Of a DNA stretch of 64,000 nt, positions 9,857 through 18,444 are shown piece by piece. The stretch spans positions 18,992-82,991 of the forward strand of contig JAGQPR010000001.1 in the NCBI GenBank assembly GCA_020426625.1. Reading direction: 5' to 3'. The number at the start of each line of letters is the position of its first letter. The stretch's first letter is position 1. Made by a program: the position numbers and the translations under genes. The stretch comes from Planctomycetales bacterium (GTDB taxonomy: Bacteria; Planctomycetota; Planctomycetia; Pirellulales; Pirellulaceae). The notes under the pieces were generated by a model. That model had not been told where the DNA came from. It did no database searches and saw nothing but the letters and a program-made list of their open reading frames with translations.

Positions 9857-12199
9857 CTAGTCGATGTACATGAACTCACTGAAATTGAACATCAGACGGC
9901 ATAGATTGGTCAGGCCATGGGTATGGGCATAGCTGGTGAGTTCATCGATTTCTGCCTGATCGGGCATGCGTTGAAATGTTGACTGAAACGCGCTGGTGAC
10001 TTGACGCTCTAGATCGGTCGGCCCAATCTTCAGGCGACGAGAAAAGCACTCTGCCATGTAGAGACTGAATCGATTGTTCAACAGCGAGAGCGCCTGTAAG
10101 GCAGTCAGCGTCTCACTGCGTTTGGCGGTACTCTGCGAGGAATCGGCACAGTCGAGCGTCGACAGCCATGGATCGGGTTGTGAGCGGACGACAAAGCGAT
10201 AGATGCTCCGGCGGTGCGCTGACGCGTGATCGCCAGGATTGAACTTGTGGTATTCATAGTGCGGGCTATGTTCGGTTTTCTCAAGTTCAAAAAGGTAGAA
10301 CCCTGGGCCCCCCATGGCCGTGTCCAGCGTGCCACTGATTTTCAGCATCGAGTCTCTGATCTGTTCCGCATCCAGTCTCCGCCGCTCGGCACGCCAAAAG
10401 TATCGATTGCTCTTGTCAATTGTCTCGTTCGCAAGGTTCGATACGGAAGCCTGTCTATAAGTATTGCTAGTCACGATCATTCGGTGCAGCTTCTTGAGTG
10501 ATTGCCCGCCATCGCGGAATTCGGCAGCCAGCCAATCGAGCAGCAGTGAGTTGCTTGGCTGGTCTCCCATTCTCCCAAAGTCGTTAGGAGAATCGACCAG
10601 GCCGCGTCCGAAATGGTATTGCCAAACACGATTGACAATGGAACGCCAAACCAGCGGGTTTTCTGTAGAGGTCAGCCATAGTGCGAGGGCTGATCGACGC
10701 TGGCCTTCGCTGGAATCAGGATCCAGTGAACTTGCTGCATCGGGACTGAATGGCAGTACGCATGGCAAGGCAATCTCGCCCGGTTGCGCGACGTCTCCCC
10801 GCTGAAGTACATGAATCGGCCTCAGTTTGCCTTCTGTCGGGCGGAAATTGCTCTGCGGAGAAAAATGAGTGGCGGCAGCATAGACAAGCTTTTGAGGCGG
10901 AAGCTCAGATAATTCAGCTTGCACACGTTGAATCTCCTGCTGAACGGTTGAAACCGTGTTTCCGGAGTCAATGCCGCTACCAACTTCGCTGACTTTAAGC
11001 TCAGACCGTAGACTCGCCAATTCCTTCTTCAGCTCTTGACGTTGTCGCTCGACGCGAGGGTCAATGTCGTACTGCCTGTCGGCTCGATCGACGGCGGCCA
11101 GCAGGGACTGCAAGCCGTAGTATTGTTGTTGCGTGATGGGGTCAAACTTGTGATCATGGCACCGAGCGCATTGAACCGTTAGGCTGCAAAAGGTATTGAA
11201 AACATTCGCAATCATATCGTCACGGTCGAGATTGCGGGCTACCTTGCCGTCGATCTTTGATTCGGGAACTTCGGCATGCCCGATGAAATCCCAGGGCCCT
11301 GCAGCAATGAATCCAAGCCCTAGGATGCCGTCTGGTTCATTGGGAAATAGTACATCCCCGGCAATTTGTTCCTGAACGAATCTCCAGTAGGGTTTGTCTT
11401 GATTCAGCGAGTGAATAACGTAGTCGCGGTATGGCCAAGCGTTCGGCCGGAGCTTGTCTTTGTCGTAGCCATGAGTATCTGCATATTTGACGACGTCCAA
11501 CCAGTGGCGGGCCCAACGTTCGCCATAACTTGGCGAAGCTAACAACTCATCCACCAAGATTTCATAGGCATCGGCGCGAGGATCTTGCACAAAAGCTTCA
11601 ACTTCGTGGAAGCTCGGTGGCAGTCCAGTTAGATCGTAGGTGAGTCGACGGATCAACGTGCGTCGGTCGGCGGCTGGCGAGTGGCTGAGCGCTTGCTGGT
11701 TCAGTTTGCTGAGAATGAATTTGTCGATTGGTGATTCTGCCCAGACGTCATCGACAGACGGGACAGTCGGCTTGGTCAATGGCTTGAATGCCCACCAGTC
11801 GTACTCCCCTACCCTGTTGGGCTCAAGTTGGATATCAGCGGGCCAGGTGGCTCCGTTGGCGATCCACTCACGCAATACGTTAACTTGATCATTGCTCAGT
11901 GGTGCCGAATTCTGAGGCATGGCGGCAGTCCCCTCGCGAGCTTCAACCAATTGAAACAATCGGCTGGCAGCCACATCCCCGGGCACCACGATGTCATTTT
12001 CAACAGCATCGTGTAATGAATGAAGCGAGAAACCACCTTCCGGTCGATCGCCACTGTGACAGCCCAGGCAGTGCCGCACTAGAATGGGTGCAACGTTTTG
12101 ATCGAAGAAATCATCTGCGAACAAATCGGGTGCTGGAACACTCCATGCGCAGAGCACAACTAATAGAATGACAACCAATCGCCGAATCCCGGGTCGCAT
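9857..12199 (-). CDS. PSCyt1/DUF1549 (PSCyt2)/DUF1553 (PSD1) family protein with CxxCH motif
   Basis: 780 aa with a signal peptide. It has 'VAPILVRHCLGCHSGD' (planctomycete cytochrome-c-like), 'CARCHDHKFDPITQQQYYGL' (DUF1549 end) and a C-terminal DUF1553-like region. It is paired with DUF1501 downstream. Confidence 0.87.
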   Translation of the reverse strand: MRPGIRRLVVILLVVLCAWSVPAPDLFADDFFDQNVAPILVRHCLGCHSGDRPEGGFSLHSLHDAVENDIVVPGDVAASRLFQLVEAREGTAAMPQNSAPLSNDQVNVLREWIANGATWPADIQLEPNRVGEYDWWAFKPLTKPTVPSVDDVWAESPIDKFILSKLNQQALSHSPAADRRTLIRRLTYDLTGLPPSFHEVEAFVQDPRADAYEILVDELLASPSYGERWARHWLDVVKYADTHGYDKDKLRPNAWPYRDYVIHSLNQDKPYWRFVQEQIAGDVLFPNEPDGILGLGFIAAGPWDFIGHAEVPESKIDGKVARNLDRDDMIANVFNTFCSLTVQCARCHDHKFDPITQQQYYGLQSLLAAVDRADRQYDIDPRVERQRQELKKELASLRSELKVSEVGSGIDSGNTVSTVQQEIQRVQAELSELPPQKLVYAAATHFSPQSNFRPTEGKLRPIHVLQRGDVAQPGEIALPCVLPFSPDAASSLDPDSSEGQRRSALALWLTSTENPLVWRSIVNRVWQYHFGRGLVDSPNDFGRMGDQPSNSLLLDWLAAEFRDGGQSLKKLHRMIVTSNTYRQASVSNLANETIDKSNRYFWRAERRRLDAEQIRDSMLKISGTLDTAMGGPGFYLFELEKTEHSPHYEYHKFNPGDHASAHRRSIYRFVVRSQPDPWLSTLDCADSSQSTAKRSETLTALQALSLLNNRFSLYMAECFSRRLKIGPTDLERQVTSAFQSTFQRMPDQAEIDELTSYAHTHGLTNLCRLMFNFSEFMYID

Positions 12200-15186
12200 C
12201 AGTGTTCAGTCTCCTGGGTGGTACTCTGTGCCAACGGCAACCTGACTTGGGCCAAATAGATAGCAGAATTGAATTCGAAATCACCAGCTTCGTGCGAGGA
12301 GTAGTAACTGACCCATAGCCGGTTGTCGTGCCAAACTAGTCCTGGGTAGCTGCAATCTCCGCCGGAGGGAAGCCGCAAGAATTCAGTCAGGGTAGCAGTT
12401 TTCGGCTCCAACCAACAAAGAGAAGTGCGTACAACCCCATCGTAAAGTCTCACAGCTGCAACGAAGCGTCCATCCGGCAGTTGCAGCATGTGTGGTCCAC
12501 CGATTCTGTGCCCTAGATCTCGCCAAGACCATTCGGTATAGGGAGGTGCAGAAACACCCAGCATTCCCGTAGCGGAATCCGCGTCGCGACGCAGCAGGCA
12601 GTAGCACTGCCCATCGGGCTGGAAGATCATTGACGATTCGTTGGGGTAGTTTTGCGAAACCAATTGATCGACCAGTTTATCGAATCGTTTGCCATCTTGG
12701 CTATGGTAAAGGCGGACGTGACGGTCGGCAGCAGCGGTGTTCGTTTGGTAACCAATTGCGTAGGCGGTGCCCGCGTGCCATGTGGTCCGCCATAGCCAGT
12801 AGTCACGCTCACCAATCGAATGACTTGGACTCCAGTTTTCTCCATCCGCAGAAAACCAGCTCAGCGACTGGTGTTTGAATTCTGAAGTATTGTGCATGGC
12901 GGCCGCACCAGAGAGCATCAGTTCGCCACCTGGCGTAGTGGTCAGCTTGGCGTCGCGCAGGTCGGCATGCGGATTGGATAACAGGGCGCTTGATTTCCAG
13001 GAAATCCCGTCATCAGAGACAATGACACGCAGACTACCCTCAGGCGAAACGTGACTATGCCCTTCACGAAATACACAGTACCAGCGGTTTTGGAATCTGG
13101 CCAAATCGGTGAACGCATTGTGTCTTGCTTGTGACCAAATTCGGCGAACGTCAAGCAAGTACGAGAGACTGAGCTGCTGGTAGAGTTGCCTAAGTTCGAT
13201 GCGGCGGATTGCAGTGGTTCCTAGCTGTTGTCCCGCGAGTTGATGCCCCGCTGAATGACCTATCAAACAATGGTCACCGCTAAACTCGAGAGCAGAGTAA
13301 CAATACCATCCATCCGGGTCCGCTGCTAGCGTCAACGACTTGGTCCAAGTCAATCCTTCATCTTGTGAGATGGCCAATGAAAGAGGCGTTCTTTGGGTTC
13401 GTTGATTGACAGGGAGATGGGAGTGGTCATTCCAAATAGCCAGCAGATCTCCTGTAGCTGGGATGCGTTCGATGGTTGCCGGGGATCGAGGCGAAGCAAT
13501 ACTCGTAGCAACGAAGGGTGACCAAGTTTCACCTCGATTCTCTGAGTGTGACTGGTACTGCAGACCAGCGTCGGTGCGGATCCACATCATCAGCCGCCCG
13601 TCGCGCAGTTCGACGATGCCTGGTTCTTGGGCTGCGATCCGATTTCCGGCAGCATCATAAGCGGCTTGTAATGTCGAAGAGCGAAACCACGTCGCTCCAA
13701 AATCATCAGAAAAATAAGCCGTAACCTCGCCGGACCAGTCCGGTTTGGGGCTTCCCAGTGAAGCGTGCCTGGCAACGGGGACGACAAGACGCCCAGGTTC
13801 CAGCTGAACGACGCGGTCGTTGTTCAAAACGAAATATCCGGTTTCTTCATCCGGAATTATTTGAATCGGTTCGCTCCAAGATTTGGCTTCATCGGACGAA
13901 AAGCGAACCACTGGTCGACAGTCTGATAGTGAGTTTTTTACTAGGTAGAACAAAGCGATGCGTCCATCATGTAATCGCAGTAGCGATACGGACATGACGT
14001 TCATCTGCCCTTCGTTCCGCAATACCAAGGCATCGACGTTGGACCATGATTGGCCGTCATCGTTGCTGACTCGGCTGACCAATTCGGCAGCATCGTGGTC
14101 AGATGCCCCTGTTCGAAAACGCGTATAGATGAATAGTAGGCTGCCATCATTCAGCCGGATAAAATCACCTTCACTTTTACGAGGAAAGGCTTCATCCGGA
14201 TGCAGCTCGAGTACAGGTTTGCTGCTGATGGACCATTGAAAAGACTCGTAGTATCGGAGCCCCAACTCTCGTGCGGAGGCCGAATCAAAATGGATTTCAT
14301 CTCCTTTGTGATTGAGTCCGCCGGAGGGGACATACGTCGTATTGGGGACGCTGCGAACGAGCTGAGCTTGGGACTGGTCGACCAGTTGCCTGCTGTCGTC
14401 CCATGGCCGTTCGGAGAACTGGCCCATTTGACCTATCATGAATGGCACTTCATTTGCGTTGAGCTCCTTCCGCAGTCGGTTGATCAAGGCGTGCAATTTT
14501 CCTTGGTAACCTTCCGCCAATCCAGGCTGAGAATCAGATTCGCCCTGATGCCAAAGGATTCCTTTCAGAACACCGGACTGCAACGCCAGCTTTGCCCGAC
14601 GAATCGCATCGTCATACGGATGCGAATCCGTCTGCTCGTGGTAACCGCCAGGAGTCCAGGAATCGATGGCGGAACCGCCAGAGGCACAGGGAACCAAGCC
14701 AACGGTTGCGTCAGGGTGTTCCCGAGCGTAAGCCAAGGCAAATGCACGACCCGGTCCGACTCCAACAATTTTCGGCTTATCGTTATGCATGGGGGCGACG
14801 GCAGGTACCCACTGATCTGCGTGGTTCAGCATCAGGACTCGGTTGTTAACCACCTGGTCTTTGGCTGCCACCGAACCGCGTCCGGCCATGTTCGATTGTC
14901 CGATCAGCAAAAAGAGATGGAAGTCTTCACGGATACCTGTCGTAGCAATCGTCGGCGGCTCTTGAGCGGGGACCTGCTGCTGCAGTAAAGCTAGCCCCCA
15001 CATCGCCAACAGCGTCAGGCTCAAGAGCCTTGGCTTGATCAGGGCTTGCAATAAAGTCGAACAACGTCCGCGAACTGAATTCGAGGGGCTGGCAATTGCT
15101 TGGGCTTCCACAGTTCCAGATCCGCGGGTTTGCATGGGGAAAAAGTCAGACGACGTTTTGAGACACGATCTGAGACTATCGTTCAT
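12199..15186 (-). CDS. multidomain protein: sialate O-acetylesterase-like (SASA/DUF303) domain + two BNR/sialidase-like beta-propeller regions
   Basis: 995 aa. The esterase motifs are 'LLIGQSNMAGRG' and 'LWHQGESD'. BNR Asp-box-like repeats are 'SNDDGQSWS', 'SSDEAKSWS', 'SDDFGATWF', 'SENRGETWS', 'SQDEGLTWT', 'SDDGISWK' and 'SADGENWS'. The stop TGA overlaps the ATG of the next gene (tgATG). Confidence 0.82.
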   Translation of the reverse strand: MNDSLRSCLKTSSDFFPMQTRGSGTVEAQAIASPSNSVRGRCSTLLQALIKPRLLSLTLLAMWGLALLQQQVPAQEPPTIATTGIREDFHLFLLIGQSNMAGRGSVAAKDQVVNNRVLMLNHADQWVPAVAPMHNDKPKIVGVGPGRAFALAYAREHPDATVGLVPCASGGSAIDSWTPGGYHEQTDSHPYDDAIRRAKLALQSGVLKGILWHQGESDSQPGLAEGYQGKLHALINRLRKELNANEVPFMIGQMGQFSERPWDDSRQLVDQSQAQLVRSVPNTTYVPSGGLNHKGDEIHFDSASARELGLRYYESFQWSISSKPVLELHPDEAFPRKSEGDFIRLNDGSLLFIYTRFRTGASDHDAAELVSRVSNDDGQSWSNVDALVLRNEGQMNVMSVSLLRLHDGRIALFYLVKNSLSDCRPVVRFSSDEAKSWSEPIQIIPDEETGYFVLNNDRVVQLEPGRLVVPVARHASLGSPKPDWSGEVTAYFSDDFGATWFRSSTLQAAYDAAGNRIAAQEPGIVELRDGRLMMWIRTDAGLQYQSHSENRGETWSPFVATSIASPRSPATIERIPATGDLLAIWNDHSHLPVNQRTQRTPLSLAISQDEGLTWTKSLTLAADPDGWYCYSALEFSGDHCLIGHSAGHQLAGQQLGTTAIRRIELRQLYQQLSLSYLLDVRRIWSQARHNAFTDLARFQNRWYCVFREGHSHVSPEGSLRVIVSDDGISWKSSALLSNPHADLRDAKLTTTPGGELMLSGAAAMHNTSEFKHQSLSWFSADGENWSPSHSIGERDYWLWRTTWHAGTAYAIGYQTNTAAADRHVRLYHSQDGKRFDKLVDQLVSQNYPNESSMIFQPDGQCYCLLRRDADSATGMLGVSAPPYTEWSWRDLGHRIGGPHMLQLPDGRFVAAVRLYDGVVRTSLCWLEPKTATLTEFLRLPSGGDCSYPGLVWHDNRLWVSYYSSHEAGDFEFNSAIYLAQVRLPLAQSTTQETEH

Positions 15187-15429
15187 GGTTCGGAATTCGC
15201 AGATGTCTTAAGGAGGAGTGGCGGGAACGCAGCCGAGTCAATCCACAGGAACGCCGTGGTGCGTTGGTAACGATTAAGCATCCACACAGAAGTTTTTCCG
15301 CATAATTAGCCGCCGTTGGCGTTAGCCACCATTGTTCAAGTTTCGGAAAACTTGTGCGTTGTTGCCTACACGAGGTAAGTCGAAGTTTGACGCTCTCTAC
15401 CCTATAATAACGACTGAGAAGTCGTTTAT

Positions 15430-16170
15430 GTGATGATGCAGCAGAGGATTGATTGTATGGCATCGGAAACTAGAACGGATGGTTTGTCATTGGATAAACC
15501 ACTACCTCTGGATTTGCACCCCAATATTGACCACTTGGTTATGGAGGACGATGCGCCTGTGGACAATATCTATTCAGAGAAACAGCAGCGCTTGCTGATC
15601 GAATCGCTCCACAGCTCTTGGCAACGAAGGGATGCGGCACCGTTTGTCGCCTTTGCCAATGTCGGCCTTTTCTACAAGCTGCACGGAACGCCTTATGTTA
15701 CCGACGCGATGCTCAGCCTGGATGTTGACTTGCCAGAAAACATCTGGATCAAACAACATCGTTCGTATTTAGTTTGGGAATTCGGCAAGCCTCCAGAGGT
15801 GGTCATAGAAATTGTATCCAATCGGGAGGGAGGCGAAGGTGATAGCAAGTTGAAGGGGTATGCTCAAATCGGCGTGAAATTCTACGTGATTCACGATCCA
15901 GAATGTCAACTGTCGGATCAAATTTTGCGGGCTTTCAAGCTGGATGGAAGCGAGTATCGACAATTGGGAGCACCAGTTTACTTTGAAGGCATTGGACTGG
16001 GATTGCAATTGTGGGAAGGGATGTACGAAAACCGCCACGATACATGGCTGCGCTGGCATGATGAGCACGGTCGCTTAATCCCAACTGGAGCCGAGCGAGC
16101 CGAAACCGCTGAGCAAAGATCGCGTCGACTGGAAGAGCAGTTGCGCCGAGTGGGTATCGAACCTGAGTAA
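15430..16170 (+). CDS. Uma2 family (DUF820) PD-(D/E)xK endonuclease-like protein
   Basis: 246 aa. 'PEVVIEIVS' and 'KLKGYAQIGVKFYVIHDP' match the Uma2 core. An alternative ATG lies at 15457. Confidence 0.75.
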   Translation: MMMQQRIDCMASETRTDGLSLDKPLPLDLHPNIDHLVMEDDAPVDNIYSEKQQRLLIESLHSSWQRRDAAPFVAFANVGLFYKLHGTPYVTDAMLSLDVDLPENIWIKQHRSYLVWEFGKPPEVVIEIVSNREGGEGDSKLKGYAQIGVKFYVIHDPECQLSDQILRAFKLDGSEYRQLGAPVYFEGIGLGLQLWEGMYENRHDTWLRWHDEHGRLIPTGAERAETAEQRSRRLEEQLRRVGIEPE

Positions 16171-16192
16171 CAAGCACCGAGGAGAAAACGAT

Positions 16193-17539
16193 ATGAAACA
16201 TATTCACCACTACTGGATTCTAATTCTGTTCGCATCGCAGTTCTGTGCGCTAGCGAACGCACAAAGTCCCACCAGTCTACGTGAAGCCATCGATCAGGAC
16301 TACGAAAGCCATTTGTGGCCACTGTTCGATCATTGGCATCGCAATCCTGAACTTTCTTTGGTCGAGAACAAGACCGCTAAGCGATTGGCGGAAGAACTGC
16401 GCGAGGCTGGTTTTCAGGTACGCGAAGGAATTGGAGGTACCGGCATCGTCGCGATCCTTGAAAATGGTCCTGGCCCAATGGTCATGGTCCGTGCCGACAT
16501 GGATGGGTTGCCCATTGAGGAAAAGTCCGGCTTAGCCAACGCATCAACGACAACACAGCTCAGTCCGATTACCGGACAGCAGGTGCCGGTGATGCACGCT
16601 TGTGGTCACGATGTACACATTACATCGCTGGTCGGCACGGCGCGAAGGATGGCGAAAATCAAAGAGCGGTGGTCGGGTACGCTGATGTTGATCGGTCAAC
16701 CTGCCGAGGAACGCGTGATGGGCGCCAGCATGATGATGCAAGACAATTTATGGAGTCGTTTTGGCAAACCGGACTATGCTCTGGCATTTCACGTGTGGTG
16801 CGGCGGGGTAGCTGGCAAACTGACGGTATCTGAGGGCAGTGCATACGCGGGAGCAGATGCCGTTGACATTGTCGTGCATGGCATTGGTGCTCATGGCGCT
16901 TCACCCCATCAAGGCAAAGACCCCATTGTACTGGCATCCCAAATCGTCCTGGCCCTGCAGACTCTTGTATCAAGGGAATTGCCTCCGCGCGACCCTGGCG
17001 TGATCACTGTCGGCTCGTTTCGTGCGGGAACCAAGCACAATATCATTTCTGATCGCGCTGAGTTGCAATTGACGGTTCGAAACACCAGTAAAGAAACTCG
17101 CAAGCTACTCCTGGACGGCATCAAACGCATTGCTGAGAACATGGGCAGGGCTGCAGGACTGCCGGACGACAGACTGCCCGAGGTGACTTATTCAGAGTCT
17201 ACTCCACCAACATTGAATGACGGTCAACTTGCCCGCAGGCTCCGTGATGTTTGGTCTGAAAAAATGGGGGCCGACATCATCATGGATGACGACTTTGTAG
17301 CGGAACACCGCAAGGGTATGGGGGCGGAAGACTTTCCGTTTTTTACAACGGACCCGCCTATTCCCAGCGTTTATTTCACCGTGGGAGGAACACCGATCGA
17401 GGACATCGAAGCTGAGGCTTCAGGCGGTCCGAAAGTGCCCTCACATCACTCACCCTTGTTCAAGATATCCCCTGAGCCCTCCATCAAGGCGGGTGTGGAG
17501 GCTACCGTCTATGCGCTGTTGGATCTGCTCAAGCCATAG
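16193..17539 (+). CDS. M20 family amidohydrolase (aminoacylase/hippurate hydrolase-like), secreted
   Basis: 448 aa with signal peptide 'ILILFASQFCALANAQ'. Metal-site motifs are 'MHACGHDVH' and 'GQPAEE'. Confidence 0.87.
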   Translation: MKHIHHYWILILFASQFCALANAQSPTSLREAIDQDYESHLWPLFDHWHRNPELSLVENKTAKRLAEELREAGFQVREGIGGTGIVAILENGPGPMVMVRADMDGLPIEEKSGLANASTTTQLSPITGQQVPVMHACGHDVHITSLVGTARRMAKIKERWSGTLMLIGQPAEERVMGASMMMQDNLWSRFGKPDYALAFHVWCGGVAGKLTVSEGSAYAGADAVDIVVHGIGAHGASPHQGKDPIVLASQIVLALQTLVSRELPPRDPGVITVGSFRAGTKHNIISDRAELQLTVRNTSKETRKLLLDGIKRIAENMGRAAGLPDDRLPEVTYSESTPPTLNDGQLARRLRDVWSEKMGADIIMDDDFVAEHRKGMGAEDFPFFTTDPPIPSVYFTVGGTPIEDIEAEASGGPKVPSHHSPLFKISPEPSIKAGVEATVYALLDLLKP

Positions 17540-17572
17540 CTGGGCGCGATTTGTCTAGTCTTAGCAGGAACT

Positions 17573-17600
17573 CCCAACGATTCTCATAGTCATCGTTGGG
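17573..17600. terminator. hairpin between convergent genes (candidate bidirectional terminator)
   Basis: A 9-bp perfect stem cccaacgat / atcgttggg with a 10-nt loop lies between the M20 stop (17539) and the sigma-factor stop (17649). It is followed by the tandem 12-mer 'gttgggacggtg' x2 (17595-17618). No clean U-tract. Confidence 0.4.
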
Positions 17601-17648
17601 ACGGTGGTTGGGACGGTGGTTGGTCAAGCACTTGCATCCGCAAATTTG

Positions 17649-18209
17649 TCATTCTTGGCCACCACCAAGTATTTCCAGCTGGAGCTTCAATTGGTTTCGG
17701 GCACGCGAAAGGCGACTGCGGACGGTACCAATGTTGATCCCCAGAATATCGGCGATATCCTCGTAGGAGGTGTCCTGCATTTCTCTCAGAACCAATATGG
17801 CGCGATGTTCTTCGGTCAGCTGCTGAAGTGCCGCGTGCACGATGGCAATCTTCTCTTGACGCATCAAAGGCTGGTCCGGGGATTCAGTGCGATCTTCGGG
17901 ATCGGTGCCAGTCAGCTCGCGGCTTTGTTCAATGGAAAGCTCCGCGCGCCGCCGCCGCCCACGGCTCAACGCATTGTTGAAAGCAATGCGATAAAGCCAG
18001 GTGAAAATCTTGCTATTGCCTTGGAAGGTATGCAGTTTCACGTAGGCTTGGACGAACGAATCTTGCACCACGTCCTCTGCCTCGTCGTAGTTTCCAACGA
18101 CGTTTAGCATCGCATTGAACAGCCGATCTTTGAAACGGTCTACCAACTGGCCATAGGCGTCCGTATCACCGGCAAGTGTCGCTTGAATCAGATCTTCTTC
18201 GGACGTCAC
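17649..18209 (-). CDS. ECF-type RNA polymerase sigma-70 family factor
   Basis: 186 aa. Region 2 is 'EAEDVVQDSFVQAY...WLYRIAFNNA' and region 4 is 'SYEDIADILGINIGTVRSRLSRAR'. No anti-sigma gene is adjacent. Confidence 0.9.
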   Translation of the reverse strand: MTSEEDLIQATLAGDTDAYGQLVDRFKDRLFNAMLNVVGNYDEAEDVVQDSFVQAYVKLHTFQGNSKIFTWLYRIAFNNALSRGRRRRAELSIEQSRELTGTDPEDRTESPDQPLMRQEKIAIVHAALQQLTEEHRAILVLREMQDTSYEDIADILGINIGTVRSRLSRARNQLKLQLEILGGGQE

Positions 18210-18444
18210 TTAGGCTGGCTCAGTCGAATTCAGGGCTTGATGCGCACGCATTCTTGCGCGTGACTACCCAGCTTTCAGCTCACAAACGCATCTGTGCCAG
18301 GTATGCCGGAGCGGCAAACTTCTATGTTCTTGCGAATCTACCGCCAAGTCAAATGTGGTGGCCTGAATCCAGTACAAACTCGGGTTAACTTTTATGCATC
18401 GTAACGGATGCGCAGTCTGGCATGCTTAAGGATTCGTTAACGCT

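Noticed and set aside
15380-15426. Perfect TATAAT (15403-15408), followed by the 7-bp hairpin aacgact-gaga-agtcgtt, just upstream of the Uma2 gene.
   Set aside because: The best -35 at 17-nt spacing matches only 3/6 (tcgaag), and the nearby TTGACG is only 10 nt away. It is a plausible promoter and leader hairpin but too weak to list as a feature.
17595-17623. Tandem 12-mer 'gttgggacggtg' x2.4.
   Set aside because: It is only two and a half copies in a convergent intergenic gap, with no spacer-repeat organisation. It is most likely a slippage duplication next to the terminator hairpin.
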